A DNA stretch of 64,000 bases from an uncultured Candidatus Binatia bacterium (GTDB lineage Bacteria; Desulfobacterota; Binatia; UBA9968; JAJDTQ01), in the NCBI GenBank assembly GCA_965215605.1, contig OZ244070.1:2968158-3032157 (forward strand). Direction: 5' to 3'. This document shows positions 45,880-55,478 of the stretch, in pieces (positions within the stretch are counted from its first letter, which is position 1; each line of letters starts with the position of its first letter). The position numbers and the translations under genes are program-made. The notes under the pieces are model-generated. The model ran no database searches, had not been told where the DNA came from, and saw nothing but the letters and a program-made list of their open reading frames with translations.

Positions 45880-46019
45880 GACCGCGGCGCCGGACCCCGC
45901 TCATCAGGCTCTCCGGGCCAACGGGCGGGTTCCAACAAACCTGAAGCAGTGGTGGATTCGACCCCGGCGCCGCACTACCGGTGCAGCCATGGCGCCGCAC
46001 CGGTTCGACGCACGTCTGC

Positions 46020-46265
46020 ATGACCGTTCTTGAGAAGACCGCCGTGGTGCTGATAGCAGGGTCCTGGGTGGTGACCGCGGGGATCATGCTGCTGCCGTTC
46101 CTGGACATGGAGCATAACCTGCTGGTGGCGGCGGCTGTCGTCTACTTCGTCAGCCAGGTAATCTTCTGGGCCGGTTGCCTGATCGGCGGGCGAGAGTTGG
46201 TCAGACGCTACCGTGAGCGGTTTCCGTGGCTTTCGTGGGTCAACCGTTTGTGGCGAAAGGGGTGA
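46020..46265 (+). CDS. Hypothetical small membrane protein
   Basis: Two hydrophobic helices (VVLIAGSWVVTAGIMLLPFL and LLVAAAVVYFVSQVIFWAGCLIGG). No homology recognised. Weak call. Confidence 0.4.
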   Translation: MTVLEKTAVVLIAGSWVVTAGIMLLPFLDMEHNLLVAAAVVYFVSQVIFWAGCLIGGRELVRRYRERFPWLSWVNRLWRKG

Positions 46266-46275
46266 ATGAGGCCGC

Positions 46276-46587
46276 TCAGGTCTCGAAATCGGGATAGCCT
46301 GCCGCGGCCGCCTTGGCCTTGTAGTCCTTCACCAGCTCTTCCCGGTCGACCTCTCTACGCCAGATGGCCTCGGTGAAGCTCCACAACAGGAACGGGTGCG
46401 CGCCCATGGCGTAGAGACTGCCGTAGTCGCGCCGCTCCAGGGCGCGCCGCTCTTCCGCGGTGAACTTGAGCCGTTCCCCCTTTTCCCATTCGGCCACGAA
46501 GCCCGGCGGGTTCTCCACGTAGGCGTCCTCCGCGGCCTCGTTCATGTTCACCACGTGCATGAATTTGTTGACCAGGTACTTGCTCAC
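46276..46587 (-). CDS. LigA-like small subunit of class III extradiol dioxygenase
   Basis: 103 aa, joined by a 4-nt overlap to the preceding LigB-type gene. RRDYGSLYAMGAHPFLLW resembles the LigA family. Confidence 0.6.
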   Translation of the reverse strand: MSKYLVNKFMHVVNMNEAAEDAYVENPPGFVAEWEKGERLKFTAEERRALERRDYGSLYAMGAHPFLLWSFTEAIWRREVDREELVKDYKAKAAAAGYPDFET

Positions 46588-47444
46588 AGGCCCGCTCCCT
46601 CTTCTTTTTGCTCCCAGGCGAAGAACGGAACCGCCGGGAACCCCGCGTCAAGCCCCTCGGCGTGCGTGGGGGATGCTCCCTTGGCCACCCCCATGGCCAT
46701 CAGGAAGTTCAGGAATCCCATGGTCATGTTGCCCGAGGGGATCATCTGCTCCAGGTTGCAGTCGCGAGCGGCGGCGTCGATGTCGCCGGTGGTGATCCAT
46801 CCCACGGCCCGGGCGTCGAAGTCGGCGTCCATCAGACGCCGCTCGAACTGTCTGGGACCGCCCACCTCCAGGGACAAGTGACCGCTCACCAGGACGCCGA
46901 CGCGCTTGTCGTCCGGCAGGCTGTCGATCACCGAGCGGATCGCCCGTCCCACCTCGTAGAAGCGCCGGGCGGCGGGCAGGGGCGGCGCGATGCAGTTGGT
47001 CAGGATGGGAACGATGGGAATGTCCATCTCCGGTCTGACGAAGAGCATGGGCACCACGATGGAGTGGTCCACGGTGAGTTCGCTGGAGTAGGCGAAGTCC
47101 ACGCCCCGGTCGTACGCGCCTTCCAGAAGGCGATTGCAGAACTCCAGATCCCCGGGCAGGTCGCACTCCGGCAGCCCGAACTCCCGCACCTCGTCGTAAA
47201 AGGTGCCGTGGAAGCGGTCCATCTTGCCGATCATGAAGGCCGGCATGTTGTCCATGAAGAACTGATGCAGATGGTCGTTGCCGATGGTGATCAGCACGTC
47301 CGGCCTGTGCTGCGCCAGCTTGGCGCGCATCATCGCGATGCGTTCCTGGACCTTGGCCGCGCCTGGCGGCTGTTGGGCCATCTTGAACAGCTTGGGCATG
47401 AAGGGATTGTGGGTGATGCCGAGCATGGTGACGAGTTGTGCCAT
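46584..47444 (-). CDS. Class III extradiol ring-cleavage dioxygenase, LigB-type catalytic subunit
   Basis: GITHNPF, LITIGNDHLHQFF, TVDHSIVVP and VLVSGHLS fit the LigB pattern. Confidence 0.85.
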   Translation of the reverse strand: MAQLVTMLGITHNPFMPKLFKMAQQPPGAAKVQERIAMMRAKLAQHRPDVLITIGNDHLHQFFMDNMPAFMIGKMDRFHGTFYDEVREFGLPECDLPGDLEFCNRLLEGAYDRGVDFAYSSELTVDHSIVVPMLFVRPEMDIPIVPILTNCIAPPLPAARRFYEVGRAIRSVIDSLPDDKRVGVLVSGHLSLEVGGPRQFERRLMDADFDARAVGWITTGDIDAAARDCNLEQMIPSGNMTMGFLNFLMAMGVAKGASPTHAEGLDAGFPAVPFFAWEQKEEGAGL

Positions 47445-47509
47445 CGATTCGCCTCCTTGGTCTCCTTGATCTCATCCGGACCCCGTCGCGCCTGCCTCCA
47501 GGGAAAAGC

Positions 47510-48553
47510 CTAGCCCAGCGTGGGGTCGAGGACAATCTTGCCGATGATGCCGCCCCGCTCAAGCAGTTCGTGCGCCTTCTTGACCTCCTCCAGGGGCAGG
47601 GTGCGGTCGATAATGGCTCGGACCGCGCCCTGGCCGGCCAGCGACAGGGCCAGCTCCACATCCTTGCGGGTCGCTCCAGGCTGCCCGGTGATGCGGATGC
47701 GCCTGAGGTAGAGGCGTTTCACGTCCAAGGGCACGGTGCCGCCGCCGTGGGCCCCCGCGGTGACCAGACGGCCGGCGAAAGCGATGCTGTTGAAGGCCCC
47801 CGGCCACAGCGTCGGGTCGGCGATGTTCTCGAACAGCACGTCGACGCCGTGGCCGTCGGTGATGCGGAGCACTTCCCGTTCCAGATCCTGCTCCCGGTAG
47901 TTGACCATGAACTCGGCGCCGTACTCCCGGGCGGCCTCCGCCCGCGAATCGGCGCCGGCGGCGGCGATGACCCGGGCGCCCTGGTGCCGGGCGATCTGCA
48001 CCCCGCAACTGCCCAGGGCTCCTGCCGCCCCCATGATCAGCGCCCATTCGCCCTTTTCGAGCTTCGCGTGGCTGAGCAGCAGGTTGATGGCCGTGGGAAA
48101 GTGCCGCGTGACCACCGAGGCTTCACCAAAGGAGAGGTTGTCCGGGATGGGGAAGACGTTCTCCACCGGCACGGTTACGTACTCCGCGTAGCCGCCCCAG
48201 CGGTCGAGCCCGAGATGCTTGCTCCGAGGGCACGAGTCTTCCCGGCCCATCCGGCAGAAGCGGCAGTCGCCGCAGCGCATCGACGCCACCACGGACACGC
48301 GCTCGCCGCGGCGCGTTGGCGGCACCCCGTCGCCCGTGGCCACGATCACCCCCGCCGGGTCGGTGCCGAGCACCAGCGGGAACCGCAGGTCGGTGCGGTA
48401 CCCGCCTTGCCGTACCGCGATATCCAGCGTCTGATTGACCGAGACGGAATGCACCTCGATCAACACCTCGCCGGCGGCGGGCGACGGGGTGGGAAGCTGC
48501 TCCATCCGCAGCACCTCCGCGTCGCCGAACTCCCTCAAGGTGACGGCTTTCAT
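47510..48553 (-). CDS. Zinc-type alcohol dehydrogenase / quinone oxidoreductase (MDR family)
   Basis: MKAVTL...GTDPAGVIVATG...CGDCRFCRMGREDSC...IMGAAGALGSCGVQIA. The 631-aa track ORF over-extends upstream. Confidence 0.85.
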   Translation of the reverse strand: MKAVTLREFGDAEVLRMEQLPTPSPAAGEVLIEVHSVSVNQTLDIAVRQGGYRTDLRFPLVLGTDPAGVIVATGDGVPPTRRGERVSVVASMRCGDCRFCRMGREDSCPRSKHLGLDRWGGYAEYVTVPVENVFPIPDNLSFGEASVVTRHFPTAINLLLSHAKLEKGEWALIMGAAGALGSCGVQIARHQGARVIAAAGADSRAEAAREYGAEFMVNYREQDLEREVLRITDGHGVDVLFENIADPTLWPGAFNSIAFAGRLVTAGAHGGGTVPLDVKRLYLRRIRITGQPGATRKDVELALSLAGQGAVRAIIDRTLPLEEVKKAHELLERGGIIGKIVLDPTLG

Positions 48554-48673
48554 GGAAGATCGCATCAGCGTGCCCTGGAATCCTGCATGTCGGTTTCTCC
48601 TTGGCGGTAGGGCGCCGCGAAGGAATCTACTACGAAACCGCGGGCGGTTGAACTGCGCCCCCTCGTTGACCCG

Positions 48674-49891
48674 ATGGTCGATGCTGTAGTATCCCGGCAC
48701 CCCATGAACACTCGAAGCGGAACCATTGAAGCGATTCTGGCGGCGTTGGGGTCCACCGAGCTCCTGCTGAAAATGGACTGGGAAGGCTGGCTGGCCATGC
48801 CCGCGCCCTACGGTGAAACCGCGTTCGCCAGCCGCGAGGTGACGGCGCGGTACGAGCGCAACGGTTATGCGTGGGACATTCACGGCACCCTCTACACGCC
48901 GGACCGGGAAGCGGACCCCGGCCGCGCCGTGGTGGTGTTCCACGGCGGCGCCGGCAGCGAGCGCATCATGGACACGACCCCGGACGGCCGCCCGGGACTG
49001 GCGCGGGTGCTGGCCTCGCAGGGATTCATGACCCTGGCCGTAACCTACCCGGGCCACTATCCGCCGGGCGGCGCGTGGACCGAACCCGTGCCGGAGCGTA
49101 TGCCGGTGTACCTGCTGGACCGGGAGCTGCCCGTGAAGGAGATCCTGGACCGCAACCTCAAGTGCACGTTCAACACGATTCTGCAGGGTGCCGGGCTGCT
49201 CGCGGACACGCACCTGCCGGACCGGGAGGTGCTCGCCTTCGGCCATTCCACGGGCGGACCGATGGCGGCGCACCTGCACCGCTTCGTGCGGCGCGCCCGC
49301 GTGACCGGGCTCCCGGGTTTCGGCTCCGGCGGTCCCGACGGCTGGCGCAAGGAATGGCGCGAGCGCACCGGCGCGGAGGAGTACAGCGAGATTCCGGTGG
49401 AGCAAATCTCCCGCCGGTCGCCCGAGAGCTTTCGCGCGGCGCGGTACGAGGACCCGGAGGACCTCACCCCTTGGGGCGGGCCCGAGGAGTACATGGCGTG
49501 GGCCAACCCGAGGCGCTCACAGATGAAGACCAGCCTCTGCGACAACCAGCACAACGGCGCCGTGGGCATCCTGGACCGTTACGTGGAGCTCACCGGCCTC
49601 CCGCGGGAAGAGTACTACGATCACCTCCAGGATCCCGACCCCGAGTGGCTCCGGAACATCGGCGTGCTGCTGGTGGTGGGAGAGAACGACAGGGGCCACT
49701 GGATCCGGGGTGATCGTCTGGAGGACAAGCGCGAGATGTTCATGGGCGCGAAGTACGCCGCCGCCGCCACCGGTGGCGCCCACGTGGTCCTCATTCCCCG
49801 CTACGGCCACGTGGGTTACGCGGAACTGCACAACGAGAAGATCGCCCACCTGTGGCTGTGGGCGGCGAAGGAGGGGTTCTTCGACGGATAA
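48674..49891 (+). CDS. Alpha/beta hydrolase
   Basis: VVVFHGGAG, nucleophile elbow AFGHSTGG, and the C-terminal PRYGHVGY. Confidence 0.7.
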   Translation: MVDAVVSRHPMNTRSGTIEAILAALGSTELLLKMDWEGWLAMPAPYGETAFASREVTARYERNGYAWDIHGTLYTPDREADPGRAVVVFHGGAGSERIMDTTPDGRPGLARVLASQGFMTLAVTYPGHYPPGGAWTEPVPERMPVYLLDRELPVKEILDRNLKCTFNTILQGAGLLADTHLPDREVLAFGHSTGGPMAAHLHRFVRRARVTGLPGFGSGGPDGWRKEWRERTGAEEYSEIPVEQISRRSPESFRAARYEDPEDLTPWGGPEEYMAWANPRRSQMKTSLCDNQHNGAVGILDRYVELTGLPREEYYDHLQDPDPEWLRNIGVLLVVGENDRGHWIRGDRLEDKREMFMGAKYAAAATGGAHVVLIPRYGHVGYAELHNEKIAHLWLWAAKEGFFDG

Positions 49892-49901
49892 CGGCCTCTG
49901 C

Positions 49902-51032
49902 TTACGCGGTGAGCTTCCGGTGCAGCCACTGAGTCAGGACGTTCAGCGCCGGCTCGTTGGACTTGCCCGGGACCCGGCCCATGTGCCCTCCGTCCGGAAA
50001 GATGCAGACCTCCTTGGGACTGCCGTGCTCGAGCAGCAGGTAGAAGTCGTCGATGGGATGCTGGTCGTCGAGCTTGCCGTTGATGAGCAGCAGCGGGGCG
50101 CAGGGCTGGTCGATGAGGCTCTGGGTCACCAGGGAGAGTTGCGGCGCCAGCCTCAGGATCTCGTCGAGGTCACGGGTGCGGAAGATGTAGCCGCGGGCGT
50201 CCAGCAGGCTGGCCGGTCCCATGAGATATTGCTCCGCCCGGGTGGTCAGCGCGGGCCGCAGCCACTCTTCCTGGAACGTGAGATGCACGCCGCCGCCCCA
50301 ATCCACCGCGCCTTTCAGCCGTTTGGCTTCCACGTGGGCCACCTTGGCGGCCCAGTAGCCGCCGAAGCTTCCTCCCATGACACCGAGGCGTGAACCGTCC
50401 ACGTCGGCGCGTGTCTCCAGGTAGTCGAGGGCGGCGGAGAAGGTGCGCTCCGCCGTCGGATCGGACCCCAGGACGGGGCTCTCGCCGACCCCGGGCATGT
50501 CGATGGCCATGGTGGCGAGGCCCAGCCGGTGGAGCGCCTCGCTGGGCCTCCGCCGGTCCTCCTTCCAGCCGTCGACGCCGCCCCAGTGGAGCACCACCGG
50601 CGGCCGGTCCGCTTCGCGGGGGATCTGCAGATAGCAGACGATGGACTTCCCCTCGAAGGGGATTTCCACCCGCTCCACGGGCGGGTCCATGTGCGGCGCC
50701 GCCTTGAGGAAGTTCCGCAGCGATGCCTGGTAGCAGGCTTTCTTCCCGGGCGTCGAGGCCACCGGGTAGCGGCCGATGCGGTAGTAGTCGTAGGCGAGAT
50801 AGTAGGACTCGCCGCACGGCTCCCCGTTCTTCTCCTGCCTTTGCCCCAACGTCTCGTAGCGCTCCCCCATGCGGCCCCAGACCTCCGCCCAGTGGTCGTC
50901 CTCGGTGGATTGGAGCCATCCCACCACTTCCTCCGCGTCATCCGGCCTGACCCATTCAAAGGGGTTGGCGCGACCGGCGCGGCGCAGGATCTCGGGTTTC
51001 AGTTCTTCAAGGGAACGCATTCCTGATTTCAT
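49902..51032 (-). CDS. Alpha/beta hydrolase, FrsA-like esterase
   Basis: PVVLHWGGVDGWKED, nucleophile elbow VMGGSFGGYWA, and the C-terminal FPDGGHM. Confidence 0.7.
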   Translation of the reverse strand: MKSGMRSLEELKPEILRRAGRANPFEWVRPDDAEEVVGWLQSTEDDHWAEVWGRMGERYETLGQRQEKNGEPCGESYYLAYDYYRIGRYPVASTPGKKACYQASLRNFLKAAPHMDPPVERVEIPFEGKSIVCYLQIPREADRPPVVLHWGGVDGWKEDRRRPSEALHRLGLATMAIDMPGVGESPVLGSDPTAERTFSAALDYLETRADVDGSRLGVMGGSFGGYWAAKVAHVEAKRLKGAVDWGGGVHLTFQEEWLRPALTTRAEQYLMGPASLLDARGYIFRTRDLDEILRLAPQLSLVTQSLIDQPCAPLLLINGKLDDQHPIDDFYLLLEHGSPKEVCIFPDGGHMGRVPGKSNEPALNVLTQWLHRKLTA

Positions 51033-51160
51033 CGCGGCCTCCGTGCGTGTTTTCCCTACGTCTAATGCAGGGGTTGACCGCCGTCAATGAGACGGGCTAT
51101 AGCCCAAGCGGCGCGCGACAGGCCGCGTCGCGCGGAACGGCAGGATCCGGGAGGCATACC

Positions 51161-52132
51161 ATGACGGAACGAAGAGTCGGCGTCGAGATTCCCGGGTCCG
51201 ATGTCCATGGGGTGCTCGAAGACATCCGCCAGGCTGAAACCCTGGGCATCCAGGCCGCGTGGCTGACCACCGGCGGCCCCAGGACCGCCGACAACAACAT
51301 CCGCCGAGACACTCCGAGTATCCTGGCCGCGGCGGCCATGTCCACCCGGACCATCCAACTGGGCACCGCCATCGTCCTGACCTGGCCCCGCCACCCCCTT
51401 TCCTTCGTCGAATACTGCGAGGCCATGGCCCAGCTCGCTCCGGGCCGGTTCCGCCTGGGCGTGGGTCCGGGCAACAAGGCGCCCATCGAACGCACCTACG
51501 GGTTCGCGTTCGAGCGTCCGTTGGCCCACCTGACCGAGTACGTGCGGATCGTGCGGGCGGTGCTGCGTGAGGGGGCGGTGGATTTCGAGGGGCGCTACTA
51601 CCGCGCGCAGACGGCGGACAACGAGCCGGTGGACGTGCCGGTCATGATCTCGGCCGTGCGGCCGAAGTCCTTCGAGCTGGCCGGCCGCTTCACGGACGGC
51701 GCCATAAGCTGGTTGTGTCCCGGCAGCTACCTGCGGGACGTGGCCTTGCCGGCCATGGCCGCCGGGGCGGAGAAGGGGGGGCAGCCGCCGCCGCCGCTTA
51801 TTGCGCACGTGGGACTCAGCGTCCACGGGGACTGGGACGAAGTCGAGGCGGTGGCAAGGGAGCGTTTCGACTCGTACATGCGGCGGGATCCCTACGTGGA
51901 GATGTACCGCCTCGCCGGCTTCAGGGAAGCGGAGAAGCGCGCCTGGAGCACTCCGATGTTGAAGGCGCTGGTGATATCCGGCGACGAAGCGGACGCGGAG
52001 AGGCGGTTGCGGGAGCTCTTTTCCTTCGGCGCCGCCGAGATCATGGTCAGCGTGATTCCCGCCGGCAGCGACCCGGACGCCAGCCGGCAACGGACCCTGC
52101 GGTTCCTCGGCGAGTTCGCGCGGACCCCGTGA
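51161..52132 (+). CDS. Luciferase-like monooxygenase (LLM) family oxidoreductase
   Basis: Starts at ATG 51161 after GGGAGG. RFRLGVGPGNKAPIERTYGF and the overall TIM-barrel LLM pattern. Confidence 0.8.
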   Translation: MTERRVGVEIPGSDVHGVLEDIRQAETLGIQAAWLTTGGPRTADNNIRRDTPSILAAAAMSTRTIQLGTAIVLTWPRHPLSFVEYCEAMAQLAPGRFRLGVGPGNKAPIERTYGFAFERPLAHLTEYVRIVRAVLREGAVDFEGRYYRAQTADNEPVDVPVMISAVRPKSFELAGRFTDGAISWLCPGSYLRDVALPAMAAGAEKGGQPPPPLIAHVGLSVHGDWDEVEAVARERFDSYMRRDPYVEMYRLAGFREAEKRAWSTPMLKALVISGDEADAERRLRELFSFGAAEIMVSVIPAGSDPDASRQRTLRFLGEFARTP

Positions 52133-52153
52133 ACCGAACGCGCGAATATCCTC

Positions 52154-52993
52154 TTACACCCCCGGACAAGTGGCGGTGACGCCGCCGTCCACCGGCAGCA
52201 TCACGCCGGTGATGTATTCAGCGTCGTCCGAGGCCAGGAACAGCGCGGCCTTCGCCACGTCCCATGCGGTGCCGCCCCGGCCCAACGGGACGACGGCGTC
52301 GCGGGCCTGGCGGTATTCCTCCGCCGAAGTGAAACCCTTGTGCTCGTAACTGGGTTTCCCCGCCACCAGCCGCCGTGTGAACGGCGTGTCGATGTAGCCG
52401 GGAAGCACGCAATTGGCGCGGATGTGCCTGTCGGCGTATTGCAGCGCCAGATTCTGCGTGAGCAGGTTGACGGCGCCCTTGGCCGCGGAGTAGGAGGCCG
52501 TGGGCACGTTGACGTGGCGCATGCTGGCGATGGACGAGATGTTGACGATGGCGCCGCCGCCCTGCCGGATCATGATGGGGATGACCGCCTTGCACGTAAG
52601 CAGCACGGAAGTCACGTTGCGGGCCAGCACCGCGTCCCAGTCGTCGCGCTCGATGTCCAGGACCCAGCGTCCGGGGCCCTGGCCGCCCACGTTGTTGTGA
52701 AGGATGTCGATGCGTCCGAAGGCGTCCATGCAGGCGTCGACCATGGCCTTGACCTCCGTCTCCGAGGTCACGTCCGCGGCGAACGCGGCGCACACGCCGC
52801 CCTCTTCCTCGATGATGGCCTTGGTTTCCTCCGCCGCTTCCGGACGGTAGTCCACGGCGAACACCTTGGCCCCCTCCCGGGCGTAAAGCACGGCCGCGGC
52901 CTTGCCGTTGCCCCATCCGGACTCGATGGACCCGGCGCCGGCCACCAGCGCCACCTTGCCCTTCACCCGCTCCCCTCTCTCGATTGCTTCCAT
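52154..52993 (-). CDS. SDR-family oxidoreductase
   Basis: ALVAGAGSIESGWGNG, NNVG and YSAAKGAV. Confidence 0.9.
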   Translation of the reverse strand: MEAIERGERVKGKVALVAGAGSIESGWGNGKAAAVLYAREGAKVFAVDYRPEAAEETKAIIEEEGGVCAAFAADVTSETEVKAMVDACMDAFGRIDILHNNVGGQGPGRWVLDIERDDWDAVLARNVTSVLLTCKAVIPIMIRQGGGAIVNISSIASMRHVNVPTASYSAAKGAVNLLTQNLALQYADRHIRANCVLPGYIDTPFTRRLVAGKPSYEHKGFTSAEEYRQARDAVVPLGRGGTAWDVAKAALFLASDDAEYITGVMLPVDGGVTATCPGV

Positions 52994-53075
52994 GGTGTCT
53001 TGCCTCCGGTCGTTTCGATTGGTGGAGCTTCCGGGGGTGCCGAGGCCCTGCCTCGGCGAGTTCCGGAGCCGGAAG

Positions 53076-53510
53076 TCAGATGTAATACATGTGCGGCCGG
53101 TCTTCCGGCTCGCAGATATCGGCGAGGGTGATCCCGTCGATGACCTCTTCCATGGCGGCGTTGGCCTTCCGCCAGGTCTCCAGCACCTTCCGGGCCGCCA
53201 CCGAATCGGCCGTGTACTTGCGCAGGTTTTCCTCCGGTGCGGTCACCGGGCCGCTCAGGACCTCCAGCACGTCCCTCAGCGGGATCTGATCCGGCGCCCG
53301 GGTGAGATAGTATCCACCGCCGGGTCCCCGGTTGGCGCGCACGAGGTCCGCCTGCTTCAGCGAGATCATGATCTGGCCCAGAAACTCCTCGGGAATCGCC
53401 TTCCTCGCCGCGATCTCCTTCACCTGAATCGGCGTCTTCGCGTCCCACAACCGCACCAGTTCCTCCAGCGCCAGAATGCCGTAAGTGCCGCGAGAGCTAA
53501 TCTTCATCAT
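53076..53510 (-). CDS. Rrf2-family transcriptional regulator (no Cys cluster)
   Basis: MMKISSRGTYGILALEEL...IPEEFLGQIMISLKQADLVRANRGPGGGYYL. Confidence 0.85.
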   Translation of the reverse strand: MMKISSRGTYGILALEELVRLWDAKTPIQVKEIAARKAIPEEFLGQIMISLKQADLVRANRGPGGGYYLTRAPDQIPLRDVLEVLSGPVTAPEENLRKYTADSVAARKVLETWRKANAAMEEVIDGITLADICEPEDRPHMYYI

Positions 53511-53528
53511 CGCACCGTTGGGTCATAC

Positions 53529-55454
53529 CTACGCCGGAACCTCGATTTCGTCCAGGGCCTCCGGGTTGGCCAACGCTTCGCGGTTCCGGACCGGCCGGCG
53601 GTTGAGGATGGCCGACACGGCGTTCTCCACCTTTTTCCCGTTGCGTGTAACCGGCACCTGGCTGATCCGCTGCACCATGGCCGGCACGTGGCGGGGTGTG
53701 GCCTGGGCCCGGATGGCCGAACGGATGGCGTCGGCGGTTTCCGCGTCCAGGGCCTGGTTGAGCACCACGAACAGCGCCACCCGGGTCTCGCCCTCCCGCC
53801 GGTAGCTGGCGACAATGCTGTCCTGGACGAACGGCAGCCGGTCGACGATGCGGTAGATCTCGGCGGTGCCGAACCGGATTCCGGCTGGGTTGAGCGTCGT
53901 GTCGCTGCGTCCGTATATCACGAAACCCCGCTCCGGCGTGACCTCGACGTAGTCGCCGTGACGCCAGACGTCCAGATAGGTGTCGAAGTAGGTCTCGCGG
54001 TACCGGGCGTCCCCGGGGTCGTTCCAGAAGCCCAACGGCATGGAGGGGAAGGGTTTCCGGCACACCAGCTCGCCCTGCTCGCCCGCCACCGGCCGCCCCT
54101 GCTCGTCGAAGACGGCGACGTCCACGCCGAGGGCTGGGCCCTGGATCTGGCCGGGGTATACCGGTGACAACGGGTTCCCGAGGACGAAGCACCCGACGAT
54201 GTCCGTGCCGCCCGAAATGGAGCAGAGCTGCACGCCGGGCCGGATAGCCCCGTCGACGTAATGGAACTGGGAGGCCTCCAGCGGCGCGCCGGTGGAGAGC
54301 ACCGTGCGCATGTCGGCGAGCCCGTACTTGCCGGCGGCCCGGAACCCAGCCTTCTCCAGCGTGGCGAGAAGCTTCGGGCTGGTGCCGAACACGGTGATGC
54401 CGTGGTCTTCGGCGAGCCGGAACAGCCTGTCTTCCCGCGGGTAGGCAGGGCTGCCGTCGTACAGGACCACGGTGGCGCCCTGGGCCAGTGCGCTCACCAG
54501 CCAGTGCCACATCATCCAGCCGCAGGTGGTGAAGAAGAAGACGGTGTCGTGCCGGTCGACGTCGGTATGAAGCTTGTGCTCCGCGTGGTGCTTGAGGGCG
54601 GTGCCGCCGGCGCCGTGGACGATGCACTTGGGCAGTCCCGTGGTGCCGGAGGTGTAAAGGATATAGACCGGGTGGTCGAAGGGAAGATCGGCGAACGTGA
54701 GCTCCCCGGCGTCGCCGGCGAGAAACGAGTCCCACGCCACCGCGCCCGCGGGCAGGGTCTGCTGCGTGCCCGGGACGACGACCCACCGCTCCAGGCCCGG
54801 CAGCGAGTCCGCCAGCCGCCGGGATTTCTCCATGCAGTCGTGGCGCCGGCCATTGTAGGAGTAGCCGTCGACGGACAGCAGCACCTTGGGGTCGATCTGT
54901 CTGAACCGATCGAATGCGCCCTGGTAGCCGAAGTCCGGCGAGGTAGCGCTCCACACGCCGCCCAACGAGGTGGTCGCCAGCATCGCCACCACGGCTTCGA
55001 GAGCGTTGGGCAGATACCCCGCGACGCGGTCGCCGGGCTTGATGCCCACGCGCCGAAGGGCGGCCTGGCAGCGGGCCGTGAGCGCACGCAGTTCCCGGAA
55101 GGTCACCGCGCGGCATTGCCCACTCTCGTTCTCTTCGATGATGGCGACGCGGTCGTCGCGGTGCCGGAGAAGCTGCCGGGCGAAGTTGAACCGGGTGCCG
55201 GGGAACCACACTTCGCGGCCCAGCCGCCCGGCCGGGGGCATGGAGCGGTCCGCCAGCACCGCCCCGGCCTGCCGCCGTCCCGTGGCGTCCAGCCACGCCG
55301 CTTCCCAGAAGGCCTCCAGTTGCGACACGCTCCATTGATGCAGCGAGTGGAAGGAGTCGCCGGCGATATCGTGGTCGGCGCGCAACCGTTCACGGAACCG
55401 GTAAAGGTGGGATTCCCGGATCTGTCGTTCCGTGGGCGACCAGAGGGGCGTCAT
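53529..55454 (-). CDS. Acetoacetate--CoA ligase (acetoacetyl-CoA synthetase)
   Basis: The N-terminus is PLWSPTERQIRESHLYRF. AMP-binding motifs ILYTSGTTGLPKCIVH and YGRSDTTLNPAGIRFGTAEIY. Confidence 0.9.
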   Translation of the reverse strand: MTPLWSPTERQIRESHLYRFRERLRADHDIAGDSFHSLHQWSVSQLEAFWEAAWLDATGRRQAGAVLADRSMPPAGRLGREVWFPGTRFNFARQLLRHRDDRVAIIEENESGQCRAVTFRELRALTARCQAALRRVGIKPGDRVAGYLPNALEAVVAMLATTSLGGVWSATSPDFGYQGAFDRFRQIDPKVLLSVDGYSYNGRRHDCMEKSRRLADSLPGLERWVVVPGTQQTLPAGAVAWDSFLAGDAGELTFADLPFDHPVYILYTSGTTGLPKCIVHGAGGTALKHHAEHKLHTDVDRHDTVFFFTTCGWMMWHWLVSALAQGATVVLYDGSPAYPREDRLFRLAEDHGITVFGTSPKLLATLEKAGFRAAGKYGLADMRTVLSTGAPLEASQFHYVDGAIRPGVQLCSISGGTDIVGCFVLGNPLSPVYPGQIQGPALGVDVAVFDEQGRPVAGEQGELVCRKPFPSMPLGFWNDPGDARYRETYFDTYLDVWRHGDYVEVTPERGFVIYGRSDTTLNPAGIRFGTAEIYRIVDRLPFVQDSIVASYRREGETRVALFVVLNQALDAETADAIRSAIRAQATPRHVPAMVQRISQVPVTRNGKKVENAVSAILNRRPVRNREALANPEALDEIEVPA

Positions 55455-55478
55455 GCTGCACCTCCCGTGCGGGGCCGG

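Noticed and set aside
45977-46004. 8-bp-stem hairpin ACCGGTGC-N12-GCACCGGT after the acyl-CoA synthetase gene, a possible terminator
   Set aside because: No U-tract follows. It overlaps a possible alternative start of the small membrane ORF, and its function is indeterminable by eye.
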